A program made the position numbers and the translations under genes. This document shows positions 31,739 to 40,832 of a stretch of DNA of 64,000 bases, in pieces. Each line of letters opens with the position of its first letter. Position 1 is the stretch's first letter. The DNA lies in contig NZ_JASGED010000070.1 in assembly GCF_047606765.1 (NCBI RefSeq), forward strand, positions 2,095 through 66,094, given 5' to 3'. The notes below the pieces were generated by a model. That model saw only the letters and a program-made list of their open reading frames with translations. It ran no database searches and had not been told where the DNA came from. Source of the DNA: Thermomonas sp. (GTDB taxonomy: Bacteria; Pseudomonadota; Gammaproteobacteria; Xanthomonadales; Xanthomonadaceae).

Positions 31739-31758
31739 GAACGGAGCTTGCTCCGTTC
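31687..31758. repeat. REP family 2, inverted pair
   Basis: GCGTGGAGCAAGCTCCACGCCTAC (31687..31710) and ATAGGAACGGAGCTTGCTCCGTTC (31735..31758) are in opposite orientation. The pair spans the cca stop codon. Confidence 0.75.
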
Positions 31759-31776
31759 AAGCCGATGCAACACTGA

Positions 31777-32823
31777 CTAGATCGTCACCCGCCAGCCTTT
31801 CTTCTCCATCCCCCACATCAGCAGCCACCACAGCGCCACGAAGGCGATGGCGAATGCGAGCGATGTAGCTTCCTCACCAAACCGTGTACCGATGCTCGGC
31901 AGAAACACGCCGCGATACAGCGCACCAAACAGGCCGAAACGCTCCATCAGGCAGGCCATTACCCACGAGCCGGCATAGGCGGTGATCGCATTGATGCCCA
32001 TGCTGCGTCCAAACGCGCGCAGGCCGCGCACGTCGAACAGCCAATGGCACAGCGCCAGCAGCAGCATCGACCACCCTGCCGCCCACAGCACATAGGACGA
32101 TGTCCACAGGTTCTTGTTGAGCGGCACCGCCTGCGACCACAGCCAGCCAATCGCCAGCACGGCAAGGCCAGCCAGCAGCAGTCGGCTCGCGCCATGCGTG
32201 CGCAACCACGCGCCGGCACGCACGCCGATCAATGTGGTGGCGATGGCCGGCAAGGTACTGAGCAAGCCTTCCGGCTCATGGCCCAGGCCGGTTGCGGCAT
32301 CGAACTGGTAGGCATGCGCGCCCAGCATCCACGCATCCAGCCTGCTTGCGATGTTGACCTGCGGCGCGTAGCCACCGGTGGCGGCAAGCAATGCCCAATA
32401 GCCCAGCAGGATGGCGACGATGACAGCCCATTGCCCGCGCGGCCGCAGCGTCAGCGCCAGCGTGACGGCCACGCCGTAGCAGAGGCCGATGCGTTGCAGC
32501 ACGCCCCACGGGCGGAAGTCGGCCTTGCCGTAGGCCCACATCGCAAGCGCGTGCAGCAGCAACCCGACCAGCACCAGTCGCAGTGCGCGCAACCAGATCT
32601 TCGACAGCGGCGCGCCTGGACGCAGCCCCAATGAAATCGACACACCGACCACGAACAGGAAGGTCGGGAAGATCAGGTCCGTGGGCGTGAAGCCGTTCCA
32701 CTCCGCGTGCAGCAGCAGCGGATACACATGCCCCCAGTCGCCGGGATAGTTGACCAGCAGCATTGCCGCCACCGCCCATCCGCGCAGCACATCGACCGAA
32801 GAAAAGCGGCGCGGCGCGTTCAC
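31777..32823 (-). CDS. Acyltransferase-family membrane protein (HGSNAT/DUF1624/DUF5009-like)
   Basis: 348 aa, polytopic. N-terminus RFSSVDVLRGWAVAAMLLVNYPGDW...FTPTDLIFPTFLFVVGVS is typical of heparan-alpha-glucosaminide N-acetyltransferase-like proteins. Confidence 0.75.
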   Translation of the reverse strand: MNAPRRFSSVDVLRGWAVAAMLLVNYPGDWGHVYPLLLHAEWNGFTPTDLIFPTFLFVVGVSISLGLRPGAPLSKIWLRALRLVLVGLLLHALAMWAYGKADFRPWGVLQRIGLCYGVAVTLALTLRPRGQWAVIVAILLGYWALLAATGGYAPQVNIASRLDAWMLGAHAYQFDAATGLGHEPEGLLSTLPAIATTLIGVRAGAWLRTHGASRLLLAGLAVLAIGWLWSQAVPLNKNLWTSSYVLWAAGWSMLLLALCHWLFDVRGLRAFGRSMGINAITAYAGSWVMACLMERFGLFGALYRGVFLPSIGTRFGEEATSLAFAIAFVALWWLLMWGMEKKGWRVTI

Positions 32824-33233
32824 AGGCGACGATCAAAATGCAGCAGCGCATCGCGCAATGGCGTGAACGCGGTGGCAAGCCCGATCAAGACACCGATGGT
32901 GTTTGCCAGTGCGTCATTGCGATCCAGCATCCGCCCCACCGCCATCTGCGCCTGCATGTATTCCAGCCCGATGCCCAGCAGTACCAGCAGCACGCAGACG
33001 AAGCCCCACGACAATCTCCGCACGAACAATTGCACAGCGCCTGCTGACAGCACGGCATAGGCCGCGAAGTGCTGGAGCTTGTCGCTCACATTCACCGAGG
33101 GCAGCGCCTTCGCGGGCATCAGTGAACCCGCCACGACGATCGCAATCGCCAGCATCCACAGCCCGGCCCACAGCCACGGGCGCTTGAACGGTTTCAGTGA
33201 ACGGCCCACGCGCGGGCGCTTCGATGCACTCAT
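32820..33233 (-). CDS. VanZ-like family membrane protein
   Basis: 137 aa with four predicted TM segments. SDKLQHFAAYAVLS is a VanZ-like motif. Its stop overlaps the downstream gene start by 4 nt. Confidence 0.65.
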   Translation of the reverse strand: MSASKRPRVGRSLKPFKRPWLWAGLWMLAIAIVVAGSLMPAKALPSVNVSDKLQHFAAYAVLSAGAVQLFVRRLSWGFVCVLLVLLGIGLEYMQAQMAVGRMLDRNDALANTIGVLIGLATAFTPLRDALLHFDRRL

Positions 33234-33243
33234 CGACGATGCC

Positions 33244-34449
33244 TCACAAACGATGACTCAAATCGCCAAGCAGGAAGGCCGCGCCCAGTTCAACACCGCG
33301 CTGGAAGCCCATCGCCTGGAAGCGCTCGCCCATTTCACTCGGCAGGGTCAGCAGCTTGGCCTGCTGGCGCAGGTTGTGGCGGGCCACGTCATCGGCAGCG
33401 CGCGATTCGGCCAGCGCAAGGTTCTGTTCCAGCCGGTTGCCGATCAGGAAGCTGGCCTGCGAGCAGTAGCCGGCAAGATCGAAACCCGCGCCTACGCCCG
33501 CCTCTGCCAGCGCGGTGAAATCGACGGACGCGGTGATGTCCTGCAAGCCGGGCCATGCGAACACGTCATCAACGACATGATGCTGGCGAAATGCCCGCAC
33601 GGTGCCGTCATCGCGCTCCGGCAGGTAGTACTCGGCGCGCGCGTAGCCGTAGTCGATGAACAGCATCGCGCCATCGCCCATGCCACCCACGATGGCCTGT
33701 ATCCAATACGGTAACTGCGCCAGCGCCTCGCTGCGGTAGCCATCGGCAAACGGCTGCGGCAATTGCCGTTCGACGTTGCGCACGGCTGCAGCCAGCATGG
33801 GGTCGGCGGGACGTTCTGCACGGACGAAGTGGAAGCTGTCATCGTGCAGGCGACCCGCCACTTCGACGTGTTCTTCCATGACTTCACCATCGCGGATCAC
33901 GAAACGCGGCGCGGGCAGCGCGTCGATCACTTCATTGGCGAACAGCACACCGTTCCATGTGTCCTGAATCGGCCCGTCCAACCATTCCACCAGTTGGAAC
34001 AACAGCGGCGGCAGGCGTTCCTGCAAGCGCTGCCGCTGGCGCTGGCGCAGGTCGGCGCTGGGTTCGAGGATGGCGTAGCGTGCAGGCAGCGCATCGTTCG
34101 CAAGCAGTTTCGAAAGCGCGGTTTCGGCAAACGCACCACTGCCGCCACCGACTTCCATGAACACCGCTTCGGATCCGATTTGTCGCAGCACGGGCGTCAA
34201 GGCATCGGCCACGCAGGCGGCAAACAGCGGCGACAGTTCCGGCGCGGTGGTGAAGTCGCCGCCCGGCCCGAACTTGTGCGCGCCCGCGCTGTAATAACCC
34301 AGCCCCGGCGCGTACAGCGCCAGTTCCATGAACTTCCAGAACGGCAGGCTGCCGCCAGCAGCGATGATCTGCTCGGCAATCAGGTCGCGAAGCTGCGCGC
34401 TATGCGCCTGCGCATCCGCACCCGGCATTGGCAAGGTGTGCGCGGCCAT
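33244..34449 (-). CDS. Class I SAM-dependent methyltransferase, DUF185 (MidA/NDUFAF7-like)
   Basis: 401 aa. FMELALYAPGLGYYS...GDFTTAPE...FMEVGGGSGAFAE, as I recall the DUF185 family signature. Confidence 0.75.
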   Translation of the reverse strand: MAAHTLPMPGADAQAHSAQLRDLIAEQIIAAGGSLPFWKFMELALYAPGLGYYSAGAHKFGPGGDFTTAPELSPLFAACVADALTPVLRQIGSEAVFMEVGGGSGAFAETALSKLLANDALPARYAILEPSADLRQRQRQRLQERLPPLLFQLVEWLDGPIQDTWNGVLFANEVIDALPAPRFVIRDGEVMEEHVEVAGRLHDDSFHFVRAERPADPMLAAAVRNVERQLPQPFADGYRSEALAQLPYWIQAIVGGMGDGAMLFIDYGYARAEYYLPERDDGTVRAFRQHHVVDDVFAWPGLQDITASVDFTALAEAGVGAGFDLAGYCSQASFLIGNRLEQNLALAESRAADDVARHNLRQQAKLLTLPSEMGERFQAMGFQRGVELGAAFLLGDLSHRL

Positions 34450-34940
34450 CAGTCAAAGCGCATCTTGCGGCCCGCGCTCTGGCCGGGGCCGGAGAACACG
34501 CGCACTTCGATGGCATCGATGCGGTGCGCACGCAGGGCTTCGCTGTCTTCACCCAGCCGCGCGAGGAACCACGCCGCGAACTCTTCCAGCGTGGCGTTTT
34601 CGATCGGCAGCAGCAGCACGTCGGCGCGCAGGAATGGAATGCGCTGGTTGTCGAACAATGCAAACACCTGCTCGCCATCCTCTTCGATACGCAGATGCTG
34701 CGAGCGCGTCGGCAGGATCGTCCATTCGTTGAGTTCACGACACAAGGCGACGATGCGATCCTTGTAGATGCCGTAGTCGAAGCACATGCCATTGCCCAGC
34801 ATGCGTGCCTCGATATCGACTTCGACGCGGAAGTTGTGGCCGTGCAGGCGTTCGCGCTCGCTGGCGTTGAAGATGGTGAAGTGGGCTGCGGAGAACTTCA
34901 TGTTCTCCTTCGCAAGACGAATGGTCACGGATTCGCTCAT
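34449..34940 (-). CDS. 6-pyruvoyl-tetrahydropterin synthase (COG0720) family protein, atypical
   Basis: ORF 34449..35030(-). ATG at 34940 (MSESVTIRLAKENMKFSAAHF...RLHGHNFRVEV). The Zn-ligand His pattern AAH...HGH is present, but no Cys lies between them. Confidence 0.75.
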   Translation of the reverse strand: MSESVTIRLAKENMKFSAAHFTIFNASERERLHGHNFRVEVDIEARMLGNGMCFDYGIYKDRIVALCRELNEWTILPTRSQHLRIEEDGEQVFALFDNQRIPFLRADVLLLPIENATLEEFAAWFLARLGEDSEALRAHRIDAIEVRVFSGPGQSAGRKMRFD

Positions 34941-35632
34941 GCAAAGTCGGCCTCGCCGATATCGCCAAGCTGCGGACGCATCACGATGTCCTCCACCACG
35001 GTGCGCGCGGACAGCGACCACGCCGTCCACGCCATCTCCGCCACGTCTTCCACCGGCATGAGCCGCTCAGGTGGTAGCGGCACGCCATCCCATGACGAGG
35101 TAAGCGTCGCGCCCGGCAACAGTGCCGCCACGCGCACGCCATGCGGCTTCATTTCCTCGCGCAGGTTGCGCGAGAAACCGTGCAGCGCATGCTTGGCGAT
35201 GCTGTAGGAACCGCCGTTCGGATAGGCGGCGATGGACGCGGTGCTGCACACGTTCAGCACCATGCCGCTGCGGCGTTCGATCATCTGCGGCAGCAAGCGT
35301 TTGGTCAGCCGGTACGCGCCGAACAGGTTGGCCTGCAGCATGTCCAGCAGCGCATCATCGTCTTCGGAATGGATCGCGCCGGGGCGGTAGGCACCGGCAT
35401 TGTTGACCAGCAGATCAACGGCGCCGTGCTTCGCCAGCACATCGCGCGCCAGCGCATCCACCGCGTCGTCATCGCGCATGTCGCAGGTGATGGTGTCGAT
35501 GGCAGGATCAAGCCCGGCAAATCCCGCCTTGCCGCGTGCGCAGGCAATGACCGTGCAACCACCACGCGCAAACCGCTCGGCGATCGCACGCCCGATCCCG
35601 CGCGACGCGCCCGTGACCAGCACAACACTCAT
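34937..35632 (-). CDS. Short-chain dehydrogenase/reductase (classical SDR)
   Basis: 231 aa. VLVTGASRGIGRAIA, NNAG, and catalytic S...YSIAKHA (YxxxK). Confidence 0.9.
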   Translation of the reverse strand: MSVVLVTGASRGIGRAIAERFARGGCTVIACARGKAGFAGLDPAIDTITCDMRDDDAVDALARDVLAKHGAVDLLVNNAGAYRPGAIHSEDDDALLDMLQANLFGAYRLTKRLLPQMIERRSGMVLNVCSTASIAAYPNGGSYSIAKHALHGFSRNLREEMKPHGVRVAALLPGATLTSSWDGVPLPPERLMPVEDVAEMAWTAWSLSARTVVEDIVMRPQLGDIGEADFA

Positions 35633-35991
35633 GATGCAAAGCTCCCGCGTTCAATCACCACGCCCACCGTGTCCGCCGCTTCGAACGCACCCGGCTTGCT
35701 CAGCTTCAGGCGCACGCCAGCCGCACCGAACTCGCCAAGAATCAACGCGGCGCATTGCTCCGCCAGCGTTTCCACCAGATTGAAACGGGTCTGGCCGACG
35801 AACTCGACCAGCCGCATCGACACCGCGTGGTAGTCCAGCGCATCCGCCAGCGCATCACTGAGCGCGGGAATGCGGTTGTCGAAGCGCATCTGGATGTCGA
35901 ATACCAGCGGGCGCAGGGCGTGGCGTTCGTGCGCATGCACCCCGATCAGGGCGTCGATGCGCAGGCCTTCGATGAAAACTGTGTCCTGCAT
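35629..35991 (-). CDS. folB: Dihydroneopterin aldolase
   Basis: ATG at 35991 in ORF 35629..36255(-), preceded by GAGGAAGGGA. MQDTVFIEGLRIDALIGVHAHER...LDYHAV...ETLAEQ is FolB-like. About 120 aa. Confidence 0.85.
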   Translation of the reverse strand: MQDTVFIEGLRIDALIGVHAHERHALRPLVFDIQMRFDNRIPALSDALADALDYHAVSMRLVEFVGQTRFNLVETLAEQCAALILGEFGAAGVRLKLSKPGAFEAADTVGVVIERGSFAS

Positions 35992-36160
35992 TCGTCCCTT
36001 CCTCTTCGGTTGAATGCGGGCGGCGCCTACCGCCGGGTGTTCGCTTCGCGGCTCGAAATGCCGCTGCGCGATCCACCCGACGGTCTCGCCGCATCGCACC
36101 GTCGGCACTACGGTTTTCCGGATATTTCCACGGCATCCACGGCCTGCCCGCAGATGCCGC

Positions 36161-37186
36161 TCATATTGCCGACAACGATGCCATTTCCCAACGCGGCACG
36201 GCCCGGATCGCGGCATCGTCATGCTGCCCGGCAGCCAGTCGCAGCGCACCGGCAAAGGCGATCATCGCGCCGTTGTCCGTACACAGCGCCGGGCGCGGGA
36301 AGCAGGCGCGGCCGCCGCGCGCTTCGCACATCGCCGCCAGCTTCGCCCGCAAGCGCTTGTTGGCACCCACGCCACCGGCCACGATCAGGGTGTCGCAGCC
36401 GGCTTCGTCCAGCGCGCGTTCGCACTTGATCGCCAGCGTGTCCACCACCGCATCCTCGAAACCGCGCGCAATGTCGGCGCGGGTCTGCTCCGACTGGTCG
36501 CAATCGCGCCACGCCAGCAATACCTGCGTCTTCAGGCCGCTGAAACTGAAGTCCAGACCGGGCCGGTCGGTCATCGGGCGCGAGAACCGGAACCGCCCCG
36601 GCACGCCCTGCTCCGCAAGCGCAGCCAACTGCGGCCCGCCCGGATACGGCAGTCCCATCAGCTTGGCGGTCTTGTCGAAGGCCTCGCCGGCGGCATCGTC
36701 CAGCGTTTCGCCCAGCAGCCGGTAACGGCCGATGGCCTCCACCGCCACCAACTGGGTATGACCGCCGGACACCAGCAGGGCCACGAACGGCGGCTGCGGC
36801 GCGTCGTCCTCGATCAGCGGGGCCAGCAGGTGGCCTTCCATGTGATGCACGCCGATGGCGGGCACCTCCAGCGCCCACGCCAGCGCGCGCGCCACCCCCG
36901 CACCGACCAGCAGCGCGCCGACCAGACCCGGACCTGCGGTATAGGCCACGCCATCGATGTCGGCGGTGGTCATGCCGGCCTCGGCCAGGGTCTGGCGGAT
37001 CAGCGGCAGCAGCTTGCGGACGTGGTCGCGGCTGGCCAGCTCCGGCACCACCCCACCGTATTCGGCATGCAGGGCGATCTGGCTGTAGACCGCATGGGCA
37101 CGCAGACCCGCCGCGCCGCCGATGGCGGTGTCGTACACCGCCACGCCGGTTTCGTCACAGGAGGACTCAATGCCGAGGACTTTCAT
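36161..37186 (-). CDS. tsaD: tRNA N6-adenosine threonylcarbamoyltransferase
   Basis: ORF 36161..37240(-). Start [19 protein letters not shown]; [10 protein letters not shown] metal site; GGVGAN. Classic divergent arrangement with rpsU. Confidence 0.95.
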   Translation of the reverse strand: MKVLGIESSCDETGVAVYDTAIGGAAGLRAHAVYSQIALHAEYGGVVPELASRDHVRKLLPLIRQTLAEAGMTTADIDGVAYTAGPGLVGALLVGAGVARALAWALEVPAIGVHHMEGHLLAPLIEDDAPQPPFVALLVSGGHTQLVAVEAIGRYRLLGETLDDAAGEAFDKTAKLMGLPYPGGPQLAALAEQGVPGRFRFSRPMTDRPGLDFSFSGLKTQVLLAWRDCDQSEQTRADIARGFEDAVVDTLAIKCERALDEAGCDTLIVAGGVGANKRLRAKLAAMCEARGGRACFPRPALCTDNGAMIAFAGALRLAAGQHDDAAIRAVPRWEMASLSAI

Positions 37187-37320
37187 CCCCCTATCTTGCA
37201 CCGGCTTGGCCGGCGCTGCTATCATGCGCGGCTCGCCCAAGCGCCTTGGGCGGCGTATGCGGATCCCTCCGCAACAACCCGGCCATCCTTGGCCGGACTT
37301 TTCAATTACGAGATTCCACG

Positions 37321-37536
37321 ATGCCCAGCGTCAAAGTCCGCGAAAACGAACCGTTTGAGTTTGCCCTGCGCCGCTTCAAGCGCACCTGCGAAAAGGCCGG
37401 CGTGCTGGCCGAAACCCGCAAGCGCGAGTTCTACGAGAAGCCCACGCAGGAACGCAAGCGCAAGGCCGCAGCCGCGGTGAAGCGTCAGGCGCGCCGCGCC
37501 GGTCGCGACGTCACCAAGCGCCAGCGCCTGTACTGA
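37321..37536 (+). CDS. rpsU: 30S ribosomal protein S21
   Basis: ATG at 37321 in ORF 37246..37536. [31 protein letters not shown]...KRQRLY, 71 aa. Confidence 0.97.
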   Translation: MPSVKVRENEPFEFALRRFKRTCEKAGVLAETRKREFYEKPTQERKRKAAAAVKRQARRAGRDVTKRQRLY

Positions 37537-37556
37537 GCGCGCGTTTGTTGCGCCCG

Positions 37557-37590
37557 AAGCCGGCCGCGTGCATGCGCTGCCGGCTTTTTG
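37557..37590 (+). terminator. Rho-independent terminator after rpsU
   Basis: Stem AGCCGGC (37558..37564) / GCCGGCT (37579..37585), followed by TTTTGCGTTT. Confidence 0.65.
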
Positions 37591-37610
37591 CGTTTCTGGG
37601 CATCGCATCC

Positions 37611-37670
37611 ATGTAGGTGCGGGGCTTGCCCCGCACATTTCCATCCATGCGGAGCAAGCTCCGCATCTAC
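37611..37670. repeat. REP family 2, two tandem palindromic units
   Basis: ATGTAGGTGCGGGGCTTGCCCCGCACAT (37611..37638) and ATGCGGAGCAAGCTCCGCATCTAC (37647..37670), between the rpsU terminator and yqeY. Confidence 0.7.
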
Positions 37671-37701
37671 GCCTCGCACCACACATCATCGGGAGCACCC
37701 C

Positions 37702-38145
37702 ATGAGCCTCAAGCAACAACTCACCGACGACATGAAGACCGCGATGAAGGCCGGCGAGAAGGAACGCCTTGCCGTCATCCGCCTCATCAATGCCGCCATC
37801 AAGCAGAAGGAAGTGGATGAGCGCGTCGAGATGACCGATGCGCTGGTGCTGGCCGTGCTGGAAAAGATGGTCAAGCAGCGCAAGGACTCCATCACCCAGT
37901 TTGAGGCCGCCGCGCGCGACGACCTGGCCGCGCAGGAGCGCTACGAGCTGGGCGTGATCGAGGCTTACCTGCCCGCCAAGATGGGCGAAGCCGACATCCT
38001 GGCCGAGATCGACAAGGCCATCGCTGCCACTGGCGCGGCGTCTGCCGCCGACATGGGCAAGTTGATGGGCGTGCTGAAGCCCGCACTGGCTGGCAAGGCC
38101 GACATGGGGCTGGTCAGCAAGCTGGTGAAGCAGAAGCTGGGCTGA
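37702..38145 (+). CDS. yqeY: GatB/YqeY domain protein
   Basis: ATG at 37702 in ORF 37588..38145. MSLKQQLTDDMKTAMKAGEKERLAVIRLINAAIKQKEVD...; 147 aa. Confidence 0.9.
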   Translation: MSLKQQLTDDMKTAMKAGEKERLAVIRLINAAIKQKEVDERVEMTDALVLAVLEKMVKQRKDSITQFEAAARDDLAAQERYELGVIEAYLPAKMGEADILAEIDKAIAATGAASAADMGKLMGVLKPALAGKADMGLVSKLVKQKLG

Positions 38146-38217
38146 GCCGGGGCATGTGGAACGCCCGATGCGGCAATCGCCAATCCTTTGATTGGTTTGG
38201 CCTTTCAGGCAAGTAAC

Positions 38218-38236
38218 GATAATCGTTTTCATTTAG
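38218..38236 (+). promoter_or_regulatory. Candidate Fur box in an AT-rich promoter region
   Basis: GATAATCGTTTTCATTTAG matches about 12 of 19 positions of the GATAATGATAATCATTATC consensus by my hand alignment. It sits about 50-65 nt upstream of the TonB-dependent receptor start, in the only strongly AT-rich patch nearby. Confidence 0.4.
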
Positions 38237-38284
38237 AATACTCCGGTCGAGCGCTCGCTCATCGCCTCTCCCCGGAGCATTCCC

Positions 38285-40468
38285 GTGTCGCATTTGCCCC
38301 ACTTCCCTGTCGTCTCTCCGCGCCTGTCCCTGCTTGCTGTCGCTCTGCTTGCCAGCCTGCAGGCCAACGCGCAGTCCTCGTCTGACACCAACACCGATTC
38401 CACGCCCACCGACCTGGACAAGGTGCTGGTGGTTGCCCAGCGCGCCGAGCGCGTCAGCAAGGGCGCCACCGGCCTGGATCTGGACATCAAGGACACACCG
38501 CAATCGATCAGCCTTGTCAGCGCCGGGCAGATGCGCGATTTCGGCGCGGACAACATCGACGATGCGCTGCGGCTGGCCACCGGCATCAACGTCGAGGAAT
38601 GGGAAACCAACCGCACCAACTACACCGCGCGCGGCTTCGATATCGTCAACACGCAGGTGGATGGCGTGGGCATGCCCAACGACTGGGGCATCGTCACCGG
38701 TGCCTTCGATGCCTTCGGCTACGAGAAGATCGAGGTGATCCGCGGCGCCAACGGCCAGCTCACCGGCGTCGGCAATGCGTCCGGCACGATCAACTACGTG
38801 CGCAAGCGGCCCACCAACGAGCGCCAGGGCGAGTTCAACGTGAAACTCGGCTCGTGGGGCAACACGCGCGCAGAGCTCGACTATTCCACCCCGCTCACGG
38901 GCGACGAACGCTGGGCGGGCCGCGTGGTCGCCGCGTGGGAAGACGGAGATTCGTATCTGGATTTGCTGCACGAGGATCGTGCATTCCTGTACGGCGTCGT
39001 TGACGGCCAACTGGGTGAAAACGCCACGCTCACGCTGGGCTACTCGCATCAGAAGGCCAATGCCGACAGCCCCACGTGGGGCGGTTTGCCCTTTGCCTAC
39101 AGCGACGGCACGCAGGCGGAATGGCCGCGCAACACCACCATCTCGCAGGACTGGGCGTACTGGAACACGGTCAACCAGACCGCCTTCGCCGAACTGACCT
39201 ATGCCTTGCCCAACGACTGGCAACTGAAGGGCACTTACAACTTCCGCAAGTCAACCGAAGACGAAAGCCTGTTCTACGCATGGGCGGGTGCAGGCCTCGA
39301 TCCGGTCACGCACGAAGGCATCCAGGCCTATCCGGGCTGGTATGCCGCCAATGGCAGTGGACACTTTGGCGAAGTATCCGTGTCTGGCCACTTCACCGCC
39401 TTCGGTCGCGAGCACGAGGCGGTGCTGGGTTATGCCCAGTCCTACGGATCGTTGCGGTACAGCACCCGCGACCCGGTCAACGATGTCGAGGCGGGCGATC
39501 CCGATCCCTACATGTTCATGCCGCCCTTCCCGTATGCGGGCAACGCCATGCCGGAACCGATCTGGGGCACATCGTATGAATACCAGCGCGGCAGCCAATG
39601 GTTGCGCCGCGCCTATGGTGCCGTGCGCCTGGGTCTGACCGACCGGGTGAAGGCCATCGTCGGCTTCAACCACACCTACTTCCACCGCAAGGGCGAGGAC
39701 ATCTACGGTGGCCCCTACGACCAGTCGCAGGGCAAGCTCTCGCCCTATGCCGGCCTGACCGTCGATGTCACCGACAACGCACTGCTGTACGCCAGCTATT
39801 CGGACATCTACCAGCCGCAGGACCAGCAAGACATCAATCACCAGTACCTCGACCCGACCAAGGGCGTGAACTACGAGGTGGGCGCGAAGGCCGAATGGTT
39901 CGGTCGCCGCCTGCTGACCACGCTGGCGTGGTTCTCCGCCAGGCAGGAAAACCTGGCCACGGAATCCGACACGCCGGCCTTCATCGACACCGACGGCGAT
40001 GGCGTCGATGATGATTTCTTCTGGTATTACTACGGTGCCAGCGTGAACTCGAAGGGTTGGGAGTTCGAGGCCACCGGCAAGCTGAACGACCATGTCGAGG
40101 TGGTATTCGGCTACACCGCGCTGAAGCTGACTTCACCGCAAGGCGACGACGTGTACCCGTGGGTTCCGCGCCACACCGCGAACCTGGCCGTCAGCGCCGC
40201 GTTGCCATCGTTGCCGCAACTGCGCTTCGGCGTGAGCGGGCGCTGGCAAAGCGAAGTCTGGAATTACGATGACGCGCTGGTCGCGGAAATCCACCAGCGT
40301 CCGTATGCCGTGCTCAACGCCTTCGGCGAATGGAACTTCAACAACCGCGTTTCCCTGCGCGCCAACGTCAACAACATCACCGACAGGACATACATCAGCA
40401 GCGTGTACTGGGTCGGCTACTACGGCGCGCCGCGCAACTACTCGCTGAGCCTGAACTGGAAACTCTGA
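38285..40468 (+). CDS. TonB-dependent siderophore receptor
   Basis: 727 aa. Signal peptide, TonB-box-like DLDKVLVVAQR, plug domain (DTPQSISLVSAGQMRD...ALRLATGINV), and a long beta-barrel ending YSLSLNWKL. Confidence 0.9.
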   Translation: MSHLPHFPVVSPRLSLLAVALLASLQANAQSSSDTNTDSTPTDLDKVLVVAQRAERVSKGATGLDLDIKDTPQSISLVSAGQMRDFGADNIDDALRLATGINVEEWETNRTNYTARGFDIVNTQVDGVGMPNDWGIVTGAFDAFGYEKIEVIRGANGQLTGVGNASGTINYVRKRPTNERQGEFNVKLGSWGNTRAELDYSTPLTGDERWAGRVVAAWEDGDSYLDLLHEDRAFLYGVVDGQLGENATLTLGYSHQKANADSPTWGGLPFAYSDGTQAEWPRNTTISQDWAYWNTVNQTAFAELTYALPNDWQLKGTYNFRKSTEDESLFYAWAGAGLDPVTHEGIQAYPGWYAANGSGHFGEVSVSGHFTAFGREHEAVLGYAQSYGSLRYSTRDPVNDVEAGDPDPYMFMPPFPYAGNAMPEPIWGTSYEYQRGSQWLRRAYGAVRLGLTDRVKAIVGFNHTYFHRKGEDIYGGPYDQSQGKLSPYAGLTVDVTDNALLYASYSDIYQPQDQQDINHQYLDPTKGVNYEVGAKAEWFGRRLLTTLAWFSARQENLATESDTPAFIDTDGDGVDDDFFWYYYGASVNSKGWEFEATGKLNDHVEVVFGYTALKLTSPQGDDVYPWVPRHTANLAVSAALPSLPQLRFGVSGRWQSEVWNYDDALVAEIHQRPYAVLNAFGEWNFNNRVSLRANVNNITDRTYISSVYWVGYYGAPRNYSLSLNWKL

Positions 40469-40506
40469 GCCAGCACGGCTTGCGCGCACAGGACACAGCC
40501 ATCGCC

Positions 40507-40821
40507 ATGTCCCATCCCTCGACACCCGCCCCGGCAGGCCACCGACGCGCGCAGATCGCCGCGCGCGTCGGCGCGGCCACGCTTGGCGGCTATGCCTTCG
40601 CCTGGGGCTTCATCGCCACGTGCATGAGCCTGCTGTTCGCCGCCGGCATGGCGTTCCACGACGCCGAGTTCCTCGCCATGCTGCTCGGCGTGCTGGCGTT
40701 CCTCGCCGCGTTCCTGTGGGCATTCGCAGTACGGAGGCTGTGGATGGCGTGGGCACTGCTGCTCGGCGGCGGCGCATTGCTGGCGACCATCGGCACGCTG
40801 GTGCAGACAACCCAGGCCTGA
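40507..40821 (+). CDS. DUF3649-like small membrane protein (iron-uptake cassette)
   Basis: ATG at 40507 in ORF 40330..40821. 104 aa with three hydrophobic segments. The position between a TonB receptor and a PepSY-TM protein is the typical DUF3649 context. Family is from recollection. Confidence 0.6.
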   Translation: MSHPSTPAPAGHRRAQIAARVGAATLGGYAFAWGFIATCMSLLFAAGMAFHDAEFLAMLLGVLAFLAAFLWAFAVRRLWMAWALLLGGGALLATIGTLVQTTQA

Positions 40822-40832
40822 GGAGATCGAAC

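Noticed and set aside
37195-37225. CTTGCA ... TATCAT as the rpsU promoter
   Set aside because: The spacer is 19 bp and the -35 match is weak. It is plausible but not supportable without transcription start data.
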